Assembly (NCBI GenBank): GCA_904063045.1
Contig: CAJFCJ010000014.1
Span: 1,361,643 to 1,425,642 of the forward strand
DNA length: 64,000 bases
Origin: Dimorphilus gyrociliatus
Taxonomy: Eukaryota; Animalia; Annelida
Direction: 5' to 3'
Part shown: piece after piece, positions 10,944 through 23,114 of the stretch
Layout: each line of letters starts with the position of its first letter
Position numbering within the stretch: position 1 is the stretch's first letter
Program-made: the position numbers and the translations under genes
The notes under the pieces: generated by a model
Seen by the model: the letters and a program-made list of their open reading frames with translations, nothing else
Database searches by the model: none
What the model was told of the DNA's origin: nothing

Positions 10944-13900
10944 ATGAATAGCACAGATACAAAAAAAGAAAATTCTTGTTTGTATAGCCTATTTTTTATA
11001 AATGAGAATAAAACTGTAACGTTCTTATTAAATTGCAGATAATATACATAAAAAGTATCTGATTATATCAATATCTGTTTGCGTAGTTTTTGCAATAATG
11101 GTTTTTGTTTGTATTTACTGGCAATGGAAAAGATTCAAGAAGGTACAACAATTTATTTTCATTATATCCATATAGCATAAAAACCATTTAATGGTAATCA
11201 CTTCACAGAGAGTTAAATCAACGATAGAAAGAACCAATAGAAGCTCAGCAAATTCTCGCTGCAGCATTTCAGAAATTAGAGGTAAAGTTAATTAATGAGT
11301 AGAGAATCCTCTAAAAGTTATCATTAATTTTTATTACTATAATTTTCCAGCCTCGACAAGTGAAGGACGGAATACGGTTTGTTTTTTCAATTCTATAGAC
11401 TTACAATTCTCTCGATATCCTAATTACATAATATATATATACATTCAAATAACTTTTAAGACTCTCACTCCTGAAAGAAAGAAATTTGAACAAGCTATTA
11501 AAGCCCGTCAAAGGTAGAAGATATTTTCAATTAACGAAACTATTTTCAAAATAATTCACATTCCAGATTCAATGAGGAACGCGCAGCTAATAGGTTAATT
11601 GATTAGCTTCTATTTTGAGCAGACATAGTCTATATTTAATTATATGTAGCTTTAATTCTGTTTTTTTTTTCTACGTATACATAAGATCCGTTCATTGGGA
11701 ATCAACACCTAGAAAGCAAACTTCAGGAAATAAGTAAGTAGTGTCAAGTACAAGAACCAAAAAGCCATCTTTTCATACTTTTATTTGTATATTTTTTTCA
11801 GAAGTCCTCAGTCGACATATACTGTTCAAACACCTCATACACCTTGTCAATCGGGCGAGCTTGCTGTTGAAAAAGGAGACGTCCTTTCTCCGATTGAAGA
11901 GAATTCTGGTTGGTTAAAAGCAGAAAATGTTAGAACTGGTCAATTGGGTTGGATTCCAAAAACTTATGTATCAACATCTGTTAGTATAATATAAATACTA
12001 TTTCTCAAAATATTTAAAAACTTGACGAGTTTTTCCTAATAGGAGCTCTTTCCCTTACAGCTAAATGGCCAAAATTTAACTAGTCTCATAGTCGAAGATG
12101 GGCATTCAACTGGCGATGAATTAGATTTTGATACTGATGATTTAAATGTTAGAGGAGTAGGTATGTATCAAATTACAAGACTTTGGTTGAGTATAATCAT
12201 CAAGAATATTTATCTCTTAATTCCAGTATGTCAAGCTAAATATCCATTTCAAGCTCAACAACCAGGCGATTTATCATTCTCAAAAGGTCAAAAAATTCTT
12301 GCTTATCCTAATAAATTAATGGATAATGGTTGGTGTAGAGGATGTGTAAAAGAAAGCCACGGTTGGTTTCCCTGGGAATATATCGATGTTCTTCATCTAG
12401 ACAGAAGTGATGATACAACTAGTTTGTGGACAACTAATTTAGATGAAAGTATTAGAATTATGAAAGAATCTAGAAAGTTTAGCGAAGTTAGGAGTAAATG
12501 GACTGAAGTAATGAAAGATTTGAATGAGACTTTAGAAAAACCGTCACTTAAAATGCTCTCCTCAAAAACCTCTTTATTAAACAAACCATGTAGAGTTTTG
12601 AGAAAATCTTCCTTTTCTAGGTAATGTCTTTATGCTGTCTATTTTATCTTGTTATGTAATTCATAAATGTATTTATTAGCCGACCCAAAGTACCTCCGCC
12701 GAGACCTCCTTTACCGAATGTTAGTAGACTTGAACTAACAGGCGATAAGACATCTCTGGGTCGTATAGAAGCTTATACTCAAACTCCCATGTCTAGAAAT
12801 GTCGACATTCAAATGATACCGGTAAGTTTTAAGGATTCTTTCGAAATTCTTTGTTTGTTTAAAGGTAATTGTTTTAAATAGAAGAGACTTGAATTACAGA
12901 ATGACAAGATGGAAGAATCTCAAATGTCAAGTATAAGGACTTCATCTCAAGATTATGTAGAATATATAAAAACTCATTCAAAGACTACTTCTACACCAGA
13001 GAAATTTCAATATCAGAGAGCGGAGCATTTAAGGAATAGTAGTTCTTCTGCTTCTCCAAATACTCAATCTCTTGCTAAGTTCCTTATGGTAGAATATAAA
13101 AAATATCAAAGGGAAAAGAAGGATAAAAAAAAAGTGAGCGGTTCGTACCAGTCTTTAATTATGGATACAGGAATACTATCTGGTCGAATTCCTCGCGATC
13201 GATGTTCTGCAGAAGACTCGATGAATCTTTCAGAAATAGCACGAAATAATACAGAATTGGCTATAAAAGCAAAGAAGATTGCTGAACGACCACCAAGACC
13301 TCCTCCACCTCCCTTAAGTAGGCAAATTGGAATGAGCAATTTGGATAATTCTACCAAATTGAAGAAGCGACTCTTCGAAGAATCGAATGAAGCTAATTTA
13401 TCTAACTTTCCTGGACTTGTTAAAAAAGTTTCAGAGGATGGTAAGCAAAACCAGAATTCTTTACGATCACGTAGCTCTAGCCATGAGAGTATAAAGACAA
13501 CAAATAGCATAAAAAGCGCTAATTCTACGCAAATCCCTAAAGAGCCGATCGAATGGTCTAAAAATAATCAATGCTCACTTAAGACAGAAATAAGTTATCA
13601 AGAGACCGACGTTAAGAAAATACTTGCTGACAATGAAATCCAACAAAGGTTAAATGGAGGTGAAAAGATTACAACCACCGATAATTGGACGACTATTGAG
13701 AGTAATAATTTTGTTTTGGAATGTGCTTCTCAATGGGATAAGGCTCAAGCTAAAGAAAACGGATTTAATAATGAGGATGATGAAATCAGCCAAAAGCCGA
13801 TAACTGAACAATGGACAGAGGAAAACTGGAATAAAGCAGAAATACAGGAAAATGGATGGACTGAAAAACAAGACGTAGATAGGGTTGTTTTTCCCTACGA

Positions 13901-15714
13901 AACGGCTAAGGGTAACTGGTATCTCGGAAGCGAGAACGATGAGGGTGAGAATAGCGTTAGAGCAGAACAACAAAATGAAAATTGGGATGAGGTTGATGGA
14001 AAAAGTAACGAATGGGCTTCGAAGAAGGATGATCATTGGTTTGAAAATGAAAAGAACAAAGACAATTGGGAGAGAAATGACGAAGAATGCTCCACTGAGG
14101 AATGGCCAGATTACAAGATGCCGTGTGATGTTCATTTTACAATAGAACCGTGGAGGCCAGCATACGATAATGAAGATTTACCTAAAGACAATGGCTGGGA
14201 AACTGAGGATGAGGCTAAAAGTGTAAAAACATTAGACAGTAATGCTGTTCAACATGATACTGTTGTCGAGAATTGTAATGACGACCACAGCAGTCTTAAA
14301 AGCGAAAGAACAGCATATTCCTGGAGACCTCAATTACCATCCTTCGTCTCTAAGCAGATTAAACGCTTCGAAAATAAATTTTCAGAAGCTTTAACTCATG
14401 TTCATCGATCGCTTTCTAAGAATGAGTCAGATATTGACAGAGAATTGCAGAAATCACGTCAAGATAAATTGAAGACTTGTGGAGTATCTACACTAAATCA
14501 ATCAACTGAAAATACACCCTTAAACTTTGTTACACCGGCTGGCAGCCCAACGCAAATGAAGAAATTTCCAAAAGACAAAGAAGAGCTAAGGGAATATAAC
14601 GATTCAAACGTTAGCGGAATGAGGCATGATTGGGATGATCACGATGAACCAAGTGAGCATGATGGAGAAGTTCCCCAACAAGAGGTTGTGGAAGAATTAT
14701 GCTTTGAAGAGCAAGTAAAAAAGACAGAGTCGAGCAGGCTGTCTCTCAAAAGAAGGGAAGCTGATAATAGAAGAAGGGAAGACTGGTTTTGGGAACCTGA
14801 AAGCGCAACTGAACCAGAACGTAACGATTGGTATGACGAATCTGACAAAGAGATTGATTTGGTCGAAGAAAAATTGATAGAGGAAGAAAAAGTTGAAGTA
14901 CAAGAGAAGCCCCCACAAGCGGAAAATGATGTAGACGATCTAAAAGGCTTTAAAATGTTAGAAGAAAATGAGCTAAGGTGGGAGAAATTTCGTAAAACAA
15001 GAGCTATCTGGACAAAAGAATCCGATGAAAATAAACAGCAGGCTTGCAGTACTCACAGTATAAGTAAAGATACTAAAAGGTCAGCTACTTTAGATGATAG
15101 TCCTGATGAGGTTTGATATCTATAATATGGTTTTGTGGATTAAAAACATAACCTAACCATTCATTTTATAAATCAATAGCAAACAGATCACGATTATAGA
15201 GTACCTATAAATTCACATTATTCTGTTCCGAGTCGGCATATTTATAGAGTACCACCTAAGTACACTTATACGAAGCCGAATGTTCCTGAAAAAAGAGTAA
15301 GAAATCCATTGTCGAATTGTCGTCTTCCAGTTCCACCACCTCCGCTACCACCTCGAGATAGGTGAAATATTAATCCATATAAATAATGTCGTATTAAATT
15401 ATTATCTTATAAAAACATATATTTTTTTACAGAGCCGATAAAGTGCTGAAAAGTAAAATTTTAGTCGTTTGTACAGAGTTTCAGCCGGTGAATAAAGGTC
15501 AACTAAAATTGGAAAAGGGTCATTACGTTAAGGAATTAGGTCACGTTAGTATCAATAAATAAAAACTCTCTTAGTTTTAATGTTTATTTATTGTTCAAAA
15601 TTATAGAATCCGAATAGAAAGGGGTGGCTATATGGAATGAAATCGACTGGTGAAGCTGGATATTTCCCTGATAATTGCGTAAAGCCAGCTGTTATAAATA
15701 CATTTCGTATTTAA
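10944..15714 (+). CDS. Orphan single-pass membrane protein with three SH3 domains, proline-rich motifs and a long Trp/acidic disordered region
   Basis: Thirteen exons with mutually compatible phases. SH3 signatures: GELAVEKGD..SGWLKAENVRTGQLGWIPKTYV; AKYPFQAQQPGDLSFSKGQ..NGWCRG..GWFPWEYI; GQLKLEKGH..KGWLYGMKSTGEAGYFPDNCV. The TM exon is 11039-11142. The 735-aa ORF 12909-15116 is one internal exon. Confidence 0.7.
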
Positions 15715-16281
15715 CAAAGTATTTAATTTAATTATTTGATGACAAAAGCCGAAAGAAAAGAAACAAAGTTGAATTTTTTCTTCATCGTTTTTATTATTAC
15801 TTTGTTGAGATTCTAGTTTATCATGTTTATTGACGATAATAACTATATATACTTTTTGTTGCCTATATATATAACTATATATTTGACTTGTATTGTATAT
15901 CGATTGATGTGCTTATCTATTAGCTTGAAAAAGGAAAAATATGAATAAACATTAATTAAAAAAAATATAATTTATTATGGTCTCTAATTGAGAGATATTG
16001 TAGCTTTGAGGTTGTTTGTCCTCTCCTTACTACTTCCGATTGATAAATATTCTCCTAACTAAAGAGTAGAATACTAGAATATACTTGATCTAATGTTATC
16101 GATAATGTACATTCTTCATTATCTTCTTGGCTTCTACATAATTTAAATACCTTATTTGTTTGTCACTTTATCTTCTGTCTCTTTATGACCTTGTTTTTTT
16201 TTTGTTTATTTTAATTCGAACCAAACAATCAATTGAGATGATGACAATTGATTATTTGAAAAGATTCTCCAAAAATACTCC

Positions 16282-16314
16282 GTATATATATGTATATATA
16301 TATATAGATATATA
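16282..16314 (+). repeat. Imperfect (TA)n microsatellite abutting the coiled-coil gene ATG
   Basis: A TA-dinucleotide run with two single-base interruptions, ending directly at the ATG at 16314. Confidence 0.75.
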
Positions 16315-19300
16315 TGGATCCTCCAAATTATGAAGGTACTTTGGAAGATTGTGACATCTTCCCTCAAATTCCTTTCTATTTTAACGAAAATCAAAACATA
16401 GAAGAATTACTTCTGGATGATCATCTCACTTCGAAATTGAAGGAGAAAACTACACAAGAACAGAATTTACGTGGAAATGATGACATCTTCCCTTTAGAAT
16501 TAGAACAATTAGAAAGGTTCGAAGAAGGTAATGATATCAACAAAGATTTACAAGCAAATGGAAGATTACGTAATCGCAATCGAATAACAGAACATTGCAA
16601 TAGCGTTGTCAGGCCATTGGAAAAAGATTTAATGATAGAAAAAAGGGAAAATAGAATGATGTTGATCGGAGAAAATGATTTGCTACCTAACGAAAATGAT
16701 GTAACGACGGAAGAGGGGAAAAATCGACTAATAAATTTTACCAAGTCGGAAGACTATAGACAAATGTATAGTATATTATCGAAAGCGTACAGCAAACAAT
16801 CCCTAGAGTCTCAGGGTATTTATTCACCGTTTGCCAAGTGTGATACGGATCGTAAATCGCCTACTAAATCGATAGGAAATGGTAATGATTCCAATTCACA
16901 TGTAATATCTAAAAACCAATCGGATTCGATAACGGATGATAAAGAAGAGAGAGTATCCTCATCTGAAATTGAAAAGAAGGATTCATTGATTTCCCATATC
17001 GGTGACGACCTTTATAAATACGCCAATTCATGGGAAAGCAACGTAAATCGAAGATATTATCAAGAACCAGTAAGAGCGACACCAAATTTGATTGAGATTA
17101 CTGAAAAGTCGTCCTCTAGAAATTATTTATTGGATTCGGAGATTACAGAAAATTCTTTATCGATCGATAAGAATAACGTCCCTTCTTTAACAGAATATAA
17201 ATCAACCCCAAAATCAGTGGGCAGTAATAAAAGCCATGAACGTGAATTGGAGTTGCTATGCTATCAGAATAGAGGAGGCGCAGGAATAGAAAAAGGTAGA
17301 AAAGAGGAAGATGAAAGCAAGAAAAAATCCTACAATAACAAAGAATTTAATGTAAAAAAGGTAAGGAAACTCATTAATTAATTAATTAATTAATTACTTA
17401 AATAACTATGTCTTTATAACGAACCACGACGACAGATCAATTTGGATAAGTATTTTCATTACACTAAGAAGTTTATAGAAGAAAAGAATAAATATAAGAA
17501 TAAACTATCTAACAGAGGTATCAATAGTTGGACGTCGTCGTTGGATAATCATGTTCTCTCTCAATCCCCCGAAGGGAAAAAGTCTACTGATCATTTCTCC
17601 TTCGCCTCCATACCGAAACCTGACGAAACTTCTTCTCCGCTAATGCATCTTTTTACAACAAAAATGGTTCAATGGCAGAGAAGAATCAACAAGGATGTAG
17701 ATGATAAGGTTATCAGTGAATTTTTCGATATGGACTCTGATAAGAGTTTCAAGAACGTACAAGAGGATAAGAATATCAATTCTAATAATAACATTAAGGG
17801 CGAAAAGGGAATGGATGAACTGGAAATCGCGAAAAAGTATCCGGACGTTAAAGTTGCTAGAGAATTTGCTGAGATTTTAAGAAATTTCTCGCCTAAAATA
17901 GAGTGAATTCCTTTTTTCTTTTTCCTTTATCTTCAATTCCCTATAATCATTATTCTTTCTATATATTAATGAGGATAAAAAAATACTCAATTGTATATAA
18001 ATCTTACGATTAATAACGCTTTTCTTTCCGAATAAAGATCGACGACGAGAGACGGTAATAATTTTAATATGAATAATAGACGCCCAACGAACGCCAAAGT
18101 TAATAGAAGGTCACGATCGCACGAGGAAAATAATTCTGAGCACAATTCGAGCACTAGTACTAGAAATAAGGATACGATAAGAGGGCGTTCAGTTGATACT
18201 CTTTCAACGGCTATCGATGAAATTCGATGCTGCTCAAACATTTTCCCATTCAATCGATTAATTGTCAGGAAACGGAAGAGGAAGAGCGATAAGAAGAGAA
18301 GGAGGAAGAGAGTGAAAGGAAAGGGTGCTTCTAGTTCGAAAACAAAGAATTTGAGGGATGTTAGTACGTCATTCGATAAGATAAAGACTACTGTATTACA
18401 TTATCAGGATAAAGTGGAAAAATTGAACTCTGAAGTAGGTGGAAAGATTACGTAACTAACGTAATTGACTGCCATTTCTTTTGTTCTGTAAACAGCTTGA
18501 ACTTCGTAAAGAGATTGAGAAATTAAACAATTCAAAGATAAATAATGACGTATTTAAATTGACAGAGGAAAATGTTCAATTAAGGCAGATGTTAAAAGAT
18601 GTAATCTTTCAAATGAAAGAAGATGGAAATTGCAATTATTCTTTAGACGCTTCTCCTCTGAGAATATCTAATAGTTAGTGAAACAGCTTTTCTCATAAAT
18701 TTAATTTATAATAGATAAATTTTTTCTTTTCCTCTTAAGAACAATCTTCCGATATCATTACTCCAATAATAGATTATAATCCAGTCTTAGGGTATATTTA
18801 TTTAAGTAGGCCTAAAGCAATTTCTAATCCGTAGTTTTTAACATTTTTGAAGGTCATCTGAAGATAATAATCAAAAAGATGAGTAAGTATAAAGAAGATC
18901 AAGCTTTGTTTTTTTCCACCGTTCTAGAGTGAATCATATACATTTTACCCATTTTCTTCGAAAGATTAATCAGGAAGAATGAAATTGAAGGGAAAGGCGA
19001 GAACTTTAAAATCTTGCCTGAGAATGAAATGAACAGCGATTCACATATCATTAGGAAATGCGAGATAGATGAACATGAAAGTCAACTGCATTTGCAGGAG
19101 AAAACTATTGATGTTTTGAGGCAAAGAAACGAAGAATTATGCCAAAAGTGTCTTTTGCTTCAGAATGAAAAATATACATTAAAAAATCAAATTGACTGTT
19201 TTGAAATTATGGTAAAATTTGATTACGTCATTCCATAATCCCTCTAGTTAATCTTACATTCCTTAAAAGAGAAATTCAGAGTTATCCGAAGGATTAAAGG

Positions 19301-22300
19301 CTACTATTGGTATGGAGAAAATGTACGATAAGATTAAAAAAGACAAACAAAGGCTTATCGATGAAATCTCCCAATTAAATGATCATATTAATAGTTTAGA
19401 GGTGAAGTTAACTAATTAAAATTCATAGATAATATTCTAATTATTTGTTAATTAATTAAAGGAAAAGTTAACAAATTCCGAATTAAAGTATCAAAGAGTC
19501 AATGGAGAATTGAAAATATGCGAAAATAACGTACGAAAATATCAAGAATCAAATGCATCTTATGAGTTAATAGCTCAAAAGGAAAAGTGTAAAAACGTTG
19601 AATTGCTATCCGAAAATGAACAATTAAAATGCGGTTAATTAATTAATTAATTGGTTAATTAACAAAAATTATACTTGAAATATTTTAACAGAAATTAGCA
19701 ATTTTCAAGAGAATAATGAAAATATTAATAAACAATGGGAAATGAAGGAAAATTCATTAAGAAAGCAGTTAAAAGATTTAAATGAAAGCTATGAAAAGAG
19801 AATTTTATCATTAAATGATGAAAATGAATATTTTAGGGACAGACTTGATAAAACAGTTAAAGAAGGAAACAAGTTAAGGGATGAATTATCAAATGTTACA
19901 AAAGATAAACTTGATCTCGTTGATCAAGTATTCTATTTGAAAAATTATCTTGATAAGTTAATTTTTTTGTTTCTTTAAAAAAAAAAACGTCTATAAATAT
20001 ATTCTCTTCTTTCTATCTTAGTAGAAAATTTAGAGAGTTTAACAAAGAAATGATAGAAATTGATAAAATTAAAGTGTCGACGGAAAAGCAGAAGAAGAAG
20101 AAGGAGAGAAGAAGACATTCTATCAATTGTATTTTATCGTACGAAAGGGATATGGAGAATGATAATGTCGATAAATCACTTTCAAAGATACAGTCGCAAT
20201 TGTTAAAAAGTAAAATTTTCTTCGGTTTTCCTCTTCCTTATAAATATTCATGTTACTTAATTCTAAATGCTAGGCTTAGAAAGTAGTAAAGAAGAAATGA
20301 ATAAGCTAACGAATTGCACTCATATCAAAGAGTATGTAAACAATTACTATATCATATTTATTACTTATTTGGCATAAATTTGAATATTCATTAGCCAATT
20401 ACAAAGTTTATCAGAAAGTGATTGTTATTGTGAAGATTTTGATGTCTTAAGGTAAAATAGAGTAACGAGGGAGAATTACTATTTAACGTACCAATTAATC
20501 CCCTTATTAGATTAAAGATTAAGAGACAAAATGAAGCTATCGTAAAATTAACTACTCTACTTGAAGAGAGGGATAAACTACTTGAAGAAGTTCAGTATCA
20601 TCAAGACCTTACTGAAAAGGAACTCCGTGAGAAGGAGGATACCATTCGAAAGATGACAGATGAAAATGTTACAATTGTCAACAACAATCGTTTAAATTTA
20701 AATAAATTATCTATGGAGACCAACGAAGAGTCTTGTTGTAGATCTAGTAGAATTGATGAGAGCTTACAGGCAACAACCACAATAAGAGATTTAACAAATA
20801 GAAACGAACAAGTAGTATTCCAATTATCCGATTATGAAGATGACAAAAGATTATCTTCTATCAAAGATTCTCATAACTTAGAGAAGGGTTCTATAATTGA
20901 AGTTATAAAAGAGTTTGTAGATAAGAGAATATCGGAAACGTTTGATTATTTTCATAGGATTATTAACGATAATGAATTTAACGTTAATTTACAAACAATA
21001 AAGTGTAAAACAGTTGCCGATGGAAAGGAAGAGATTGAAACTTGGTTTAAAAGAGTTGGGAGTGATTTTAAACAATTGAAGAATGTCGCTAATAAATTAA
21101 AGGAAGCATTACAAACATCTTCAAGCAGAGTCTGTAATATTATATATACACTGTTTAGTTAAACTTCAATAGATTTATGTTCTTATCTAGGAAGAAAAGT
21201 TAAATGGAAACGTTGTTGACTTAAGGACTAAACTAAATTTTCAAACAAATCAGATAAATGAATACGAAAAATTGATTAGGAAAAAGGAACAATCTATATC
21301 AAATTTATCTCAAGCTGTACAGGATTGTCAACAATCCCTTAACGAACAGATAAACGATAATCCAAGTAAAATGGAAGATAAAACACATAAGGAAGTTAGC
21401 GTTCTAAAGGAAACATTAGCCGAAAAAGTAGATATAATTAAAGGTCTCGAAGAGAGGATAAATACTATGAAAGAAGATATGACTAATATTTTTAATGATA
21501 AGGAAGAGAATAGGCGTAAAATTGTCAAACAAGATATGAAAATATCAAAATTAACACAAATGAATAATTCGTTAAAAGAGAATCTAAAAGTTTTATTTAA
21601 ACAATATAAAATTGATGGCAAAGAAGATATTTGTAAGAATGAAGTTGAACAATTAAGGATGGACTGTGATGATAAATGCAAAGAAATTGAACAGTTAAAG
21701 ATTACTATTGCTGAAAACCGAATAAATGAATTAAAAAACTTATCCTTATCTTCTAAAGATGATAATGAAGATTACAAAAAGGAAATAAATAATCTTCAAG
21801 ATGAACTTAAGGCCCTTAAACAGGAAAACGAATTTTTGGACACCGTTGCTAGAAATCTTAGAGATAGGCTAGATAGTGCTCAAAATAGTCTTCTGACAAA
21901 CAATCCAATGAATGTAAACAAATTACTTGATCAAGTTACGGAAAGTCGTTTGAAAATTGCTAATTTAGAAGCGAAGTCATTGGCGGATAAAAATTCTATA
22001 GAACAATATAAAAAACTTATTAATAGACTTCAGATGGAGCTACTGAATGGTAAAACAAGAAGAAATGAAAGAAATATTGAGGAGTCTCCTGAGACCGATG
22101 TAAATGAACGGTTAGTTCTTGAAAGGCTGGAAGATAAATTAAAGATGTGCAGGGAAGAGAAAGAAAATTTCCATTTAAAATATAAATCAATAAAATTAAA
22201 ATACGAAGAAAATTTAAAAATCCTTCAATTAAAATTGAAAGAGACCGAAAAGAGATTAGCTTTAATCCTACATTCTAGCGAAAGGTTAAAGAAGAAGGAC

Positions 22301-22651
22301 GAATGTTCAAGAATGAGATTAGAGAAGAGAAAGAAACAAGTTGAATTTTTAAAAATGAAATATTGCGAAATGAAACAGAATGTTACAATATTAGAAAAAG
22401 AAATGGAGTGTTTACGATACGATAATACGAAATTAAAAGTATTTTTATGACGTCATAGATTCTTAATTCATTTTCCTTTCATTTATTTATTACAGATAGA
22501 AATAGCAGAGATGAAAGGTCAGATTCCATTGGAAGAAATTCACCCTCGAAAATCAAATATTAATCTAGATAATGTAGCTTTTCTAATTTATTCTCATTAG
22601 CAATGATTCATTCATTCATTTTCTTTCCTTTTCTTCAATCAATAGGAATGA
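16314..22651 (+). CDS. Very large multi-exon protein: disordered N-terminal half and long coiled-coil C-terminal half; family not recognised
   Basis: The ORFs at 16314, 17442, 18069, 18481, 19014, 19742, 20050, 20653 and 21272 are colinear. The junctions I checked are phase-consistent (e.g. AAG|gtaagg..cag|ATC; GA|gtgaat..aag|A). Composition is heptad-rich K/E/L. Probable last exons: 22496-22573 and GAA TGA at 22646-22651. Confidence 0.65.
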
Positions 22652-23114
22652 TTCGAAGATTCAAAGAAGAAAATTGATAAAATAGACCGTTTGAAAGTTG
22701 TTTTACTTTTTAGCAAAAAGCTAAACTTGTCATTTTTCACTGATTGAAGAAATATTTTGTTATTGTTTTCTTTTCTTTTCACCTTAAATAAACTTTTACA
22801 AACTTTTTCCATTTAACATCTTTTTATTTAAACAAAAACAGCCTTTAAATTAGCATGTAAACACCTCCGAGAAAACTCGACTATCATCTTGCTCATTGAA
22901 AGAAGTTATTGGTTACTTCTTTCACTTTTCTTATGAATAAAATAATAAATAATTTTTGTCCTTTTCAGAATAAGTTGATAATCAAACTATAGATGAAATT
23001 CAAAGTAACGGAGGGAGTTAATTTTACAAAGAGAAAGAAAAAATTGTCAAGTTTACTTGAATAAATGAAACGTAATATTGTTAACTGTATAAAGTGGGTC
23101 AATGTTTTTTTTTC

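Noticed and set aside
13106-14918. Long minus-strand ORFs opposite the SH3 gene (and similar ones at 16421, 17987, 21328, 42972, 43745, 57796, 58202, 60058, 61754)
   Set aside because: They are antisense shadows of real coding exons: F/L/S-rich mirror images of K/E-rich sense codons.
17376-19670. (TTAA)n runs in introns as CRISPR-like or transposon footprints
   Set aside because: They are simple microsatellites without spacers or terminal repeats; a eukaryotic context with no cas genes excludes CRISPR.
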